Source of the DNA: Vicugna vicugna
Taxonomy: Eukaryota
Direction: 5' to 3'
Assembly: GCA_013265495.1 (NCBI GenBank)
Contig: MU058039.1
Location: 746,591 to 810,590, forward strand
Length of the DNA: 64,000 nucleotides
Shown here: one piece after another, positions 60,572 to 64,000 of the stretch
Numbering within the stretch: position 1 is the first letter of the stretch
How the letters are laid out: the number at the start of each line of letters is the position of its first letter
Position numbers and translations under genes: made by a program
The notes under the pieces: generated by a model
The model's database searches: none
What the model was told of the DNA's origin: nothing
The model's input: the letters and a program-made list of their open reading frames with translations, nothing else

Positions 60572-63500
60572 GTGAGCCCAGGCACCAAGGGGGTGGGAAG
60601 CAGGGGGGGCGAGCTTGTGGATCACCTGGAGGTCAAAGGCTGGAGGTCATCTGGGTCACAGCCAACTGAGGGCAGGAACTGAAGTGCACTGGGTGTTACC
60701 CACAGAGCAAGGGGTCTCCCCAGGGTCATCTCAGAGTCCAGAGCGCCCAAGGATGGGGGCCACCTGAGACCAGAGAGAGGATGTTAGCCTTTCCAAGTGC
60801 AGGCTAGAGGGCTCAGCGCCAGGGCCCTGAGGATCAGGGGTTTGTGTTAGCTGGCCTCCAGCCTCAGCTCCCTGTTCTGGCACCAAGCAGATTGCCTCGT
60901 AATTATTTATTTACCTACCTGACTTCCCCCAGGTCGGCCAGCTCTTGAAGGGAGGGGGTGTGGCCCATGTGCCCCTTTATTCACCCAGCAAATATTTACT
61001 GCAGAGGGTGCTGTGCACATGGTCCCCATCAGAAAGCCATGTTCTGGCTGGGGTTAGCTGTGCCTTCAGTCCACCCTGTACTCCGTTATCCACAACCCCA
61101 AAGGCTCTAAAACTGAAAGGCAGTGAGGTTTGGGCCAAGCTCACTGGGCAGCAGTGCCCCACCTGCATGGATATGAAGCTGTCTGTGGTCCTTCTTTACC
61201 CCACTTGGTGTGGACGATCAGTTGCTTCGTTGAGGGACGCTTGTGTGGGATTAGGGGGTGTTGCCGACCTTTCCGCTTGTGTTCTGTGAGTTCGGCACAT
61301 CATGCTTTCTCAAATCCAAACACGTCTTGACTTCAGAGATGTGTCTACCCCAAGGGTTTCAGCCGAGGGGCTGTGCCCCTGTGTCATCTAGTCAGAGCCT
61401 TTTGTACACTTCAGGGGATGGGGTAGAGGAGGCTCTGGGACTATTTTGAGGGGTTCTATCTCCCCTTTTAAAATTCTTTAATGGCTCCCCATTACCCTAG
61501 TGTCTTGAGTCCATACTCCCTGCCCTGGTGTTTTGGGGCTTCCACCCTTGGGCCCCACCTTAGTCCCTCTACTTCATAGTGCCCTCCCTTACATCCTCCG
61601 ATCCCCCACTCTCCCTCCTCAGGGCATTCTACATGGCTGTTTCCTCTTCCCGCCATGCTCTTCCCCCGACCCTATTCCTGGTAATTCACTCCTGCTTCTT
61701 CTTCAGAGCTTTGCTCAGTTATTGCTCTTGCCAGGAGGTCTCCCTTAAGCTCTGGGCTGGGTCGCCTCTCCCATCTTAAACTCTAGAGCACCTGGTTTGC
61801 CCCTCTGTTTACCCCTTCATTCCACAACTGTTTCCTGAGCACTTGCTCCAGGGCAGGCTCTGCTCTGGGCACTGGGCACACGGCAGCGAGAATGTCAGAG
61901 CATCCCTGCCCTGGCAGGGCTAAATTCCACTGCAGTTCCTCTAGCTTCCCTAAGTTCTCTCTGTGTCTCCTTCCTTTTGCCTCTCATCTTTGCTGCCCGG
62001 TCTGTGCCAAAGGCAGGGCCTGGCCCATTGTAGGTGTTTGACACATTGTGAGGAGAAGACGAGAGAGGGGCCAGGACAAAGATGGTGTGCACGGAGATCA
62101 CAGACCCAGACAAGGCAGACAGAATGCCCTGGACTAGCTCTGCCTCATCCTTTCAGTCTCAACTAAGATGCTGCTGCCTCCAGGAAGTCCTCCCTAACTA
62201 GACGGAGTTAGGCACCTCCTCTGGGCCCCCGCAGCCTCCTGGCTTGCATCATCTATCCTGCTCACTCTGCCTTCTGTTTCTCCATCACAGCCCCACTCAG
62301 CCTGGGCTGTCACTCTGGGAATGGGTCTGGGTCACTAGGGTGACAGCAGCCCAGGGTTCCTGTCTCACGGAGCACACGCATCTCTTTGCCCGTCTGACTC
62401 TCCTGTTCCCCCTAAACCAGAGAGAATCCCATCTTACCTCTGCATGGCCGGGGCCCTCAGGTCTCTCCACCCCTCCACGCCTGCTCAAGAGCCCTTCCCA
62501 AGCCACATCGGGGTGAAGAGATGCCGTCGGCTGGGCCTGGGCCTCGCTGATGAAGGGCCCTCCTGCCAAGGAGCCTCTCACAGCAGCGCCTGCTGAGCAC
62601 TTGCTCGGCAGTGGCAGCTGCTCCCGCGGCCCCCACCCGCTCAGCGGGGACGCACTAGGAGGCTGGAGAGCATGGAGGTCAAGGGCTTGGCATCCTTCCT
62701 GCCTTGTTTTTCTTCCGAGCGCTCATTCACTCGGCAAATGCTTACAAGCACCACACGTCCTGAGAGCTGGGCGGCCCAGGTCCTGAACTCAGTCATAACC
62801 ACTCCGTGCCTGTAAAATGTGGGCAAAAATAGCACCTACCTTACTGGGTTCATCCAAGAATCGAACAAGTTAATAGGTGGAAACACTAAGCTCAGTGCTT
62901 GACGTGCAGTAAGCCCTGAGGGAACACTGGCTATTTATGCAGTTTTTTGTTAGTACTCCAGTCACCAGGAACAGGCACGTTAATCTGTCATAAGTCAGCT
63001 TTGTGCCTCTGGACTAGAGAGCAGGGTTGAAATAGAATGTCAGCAGGGACCTTCTGGACACCAAAGCCATGTGGGGTCGGGCTTAGAACAGGTCAGCATA
63101 GGACCCTGCATGTCACATCCAAGGGCCACCACGGGTGAGAGCAATGTGGGCAGGACAGCGTCCCACTCTGAGCCTCAGTTGCTGCCCCCCCACCCCATAA
63201 CACGGGGTCATGACAGCATCTCCTTCCTGGCTGACTGGACGTGTGGCCGAGATGTCCCCCGTAGCACCCAGCGTGGTGCCCAGCGAGGGGGTGCAACCAG
63301 GGGACATGGAGCAGCCCGAGTCACCGCCTGACCTCTGTGCTTCCCTGTCACCCTCAGTGAGCTGAGTGAGCTGGCACGGCGGACTCACCCTGTCTGTGCA
63401 GCAGATGCCACTGCCGGCGCCGCTCTCATGTCTGTCACTATCAGCACCTGCGACTTCAGGGGCCTCTTTTCTCTGCCCAGTGTGTCAGACCTGACTCGAC

Positions 63501-64000
63501 CAGGTCTCCCCACAGGGACCCTGCCCCATCTCAACACCGTCCTTACATTGAAGACCCATGTTGTGACTTCAGCCTGGCACCCTCCCCTCCCCTCCACTCC
63601 AGACTCACGTGGCCAGTGCCACACCGCTGTCTCCTTGCAGGTGTCTGAGGCATCTCACACTCCACACCTCCAGAAACTACTTTCTGATCCCACCCCCAGT
63701 CTTCCCTACCACCCACCCCATCTCAGTGCCAGCTGCCCGATCATGAAGTCACCCTGGACCCTTCTCTCCGTCTCACACCCATGTCCACTCTCAGGAAATA
63801 CTGTTGACCCCACCTTGCTCTGTCCACCATCATCTCCCTCCTGGACCATCGCAGCAGCCTCCTCACTGCCTGCTCCCCGCTCCCTCCCCTACCCCCCCAC
63901 AGGCTCGTGCCCCACAGGAAGCCAGAGGGACCCTGTGCACACCCGCAACAGGTCACATCCCTCCCTGCTCAGAGCCCTGTGGTGTCTCCATCTCAGTCAG

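Noticed and set aside
60572..64000. Search for the next SIPA1L3 exon, and for the preceding exon in 1-5083
   Set aside because: No matching coding sequence found. These stretches are intronic with L1/L2/MIR remnants, so the neighbouring exons lie outside the window.

Overview
This is mammalian genomic DNA, probably from a camelid judging by five copies of a Vic-1-like tRNA-derived SINE. The whole window lies inside one + strand gene, SIPA1L3 (SPAR3, a Rap GTPase-activating protein). Ten GT-AG coding exons (5084-5660, 12076-12350, 18689-18940, 19739-19876, 28869-28999, 34317-34435, 36607-37034, 49129-49350, 59302-59467, 60328-60571) splice phase-consistently into 2552 nt of open frame. They encode the end of the RapGAP domain, the PDZ domain, a Ser/Pro-rich region with a DSGIDT degron, and the start of the SPAR C-terminal region. 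The gene's start and end lie outside the window. Introns are packed with old L1, L2, MIR, MLT1 and hAT repeats, and nearly all entries in the ORF track are spurious. No prokaryotic-type system or CRISPR array is present, and I see no wholly new system. The best leads are: (1) a frame-preserving 39-nt candidate microexon or alternative first exon at 56723-56761; (2) an L1 3' transduction with target-site duplications at 22517-23232; (3) a SINE carrying a unique 3' read-through tag; (4) a perfect 46-bp direct repeat that looks like a templated repair scar; (5) an Oct/Sox motif cluster and a CpG-rich putative internal promoter; and (6) a NAGNAG acceptor. Repeat family names and human comparisons come from recall and need RepeatMasker or BLAST confirmation.
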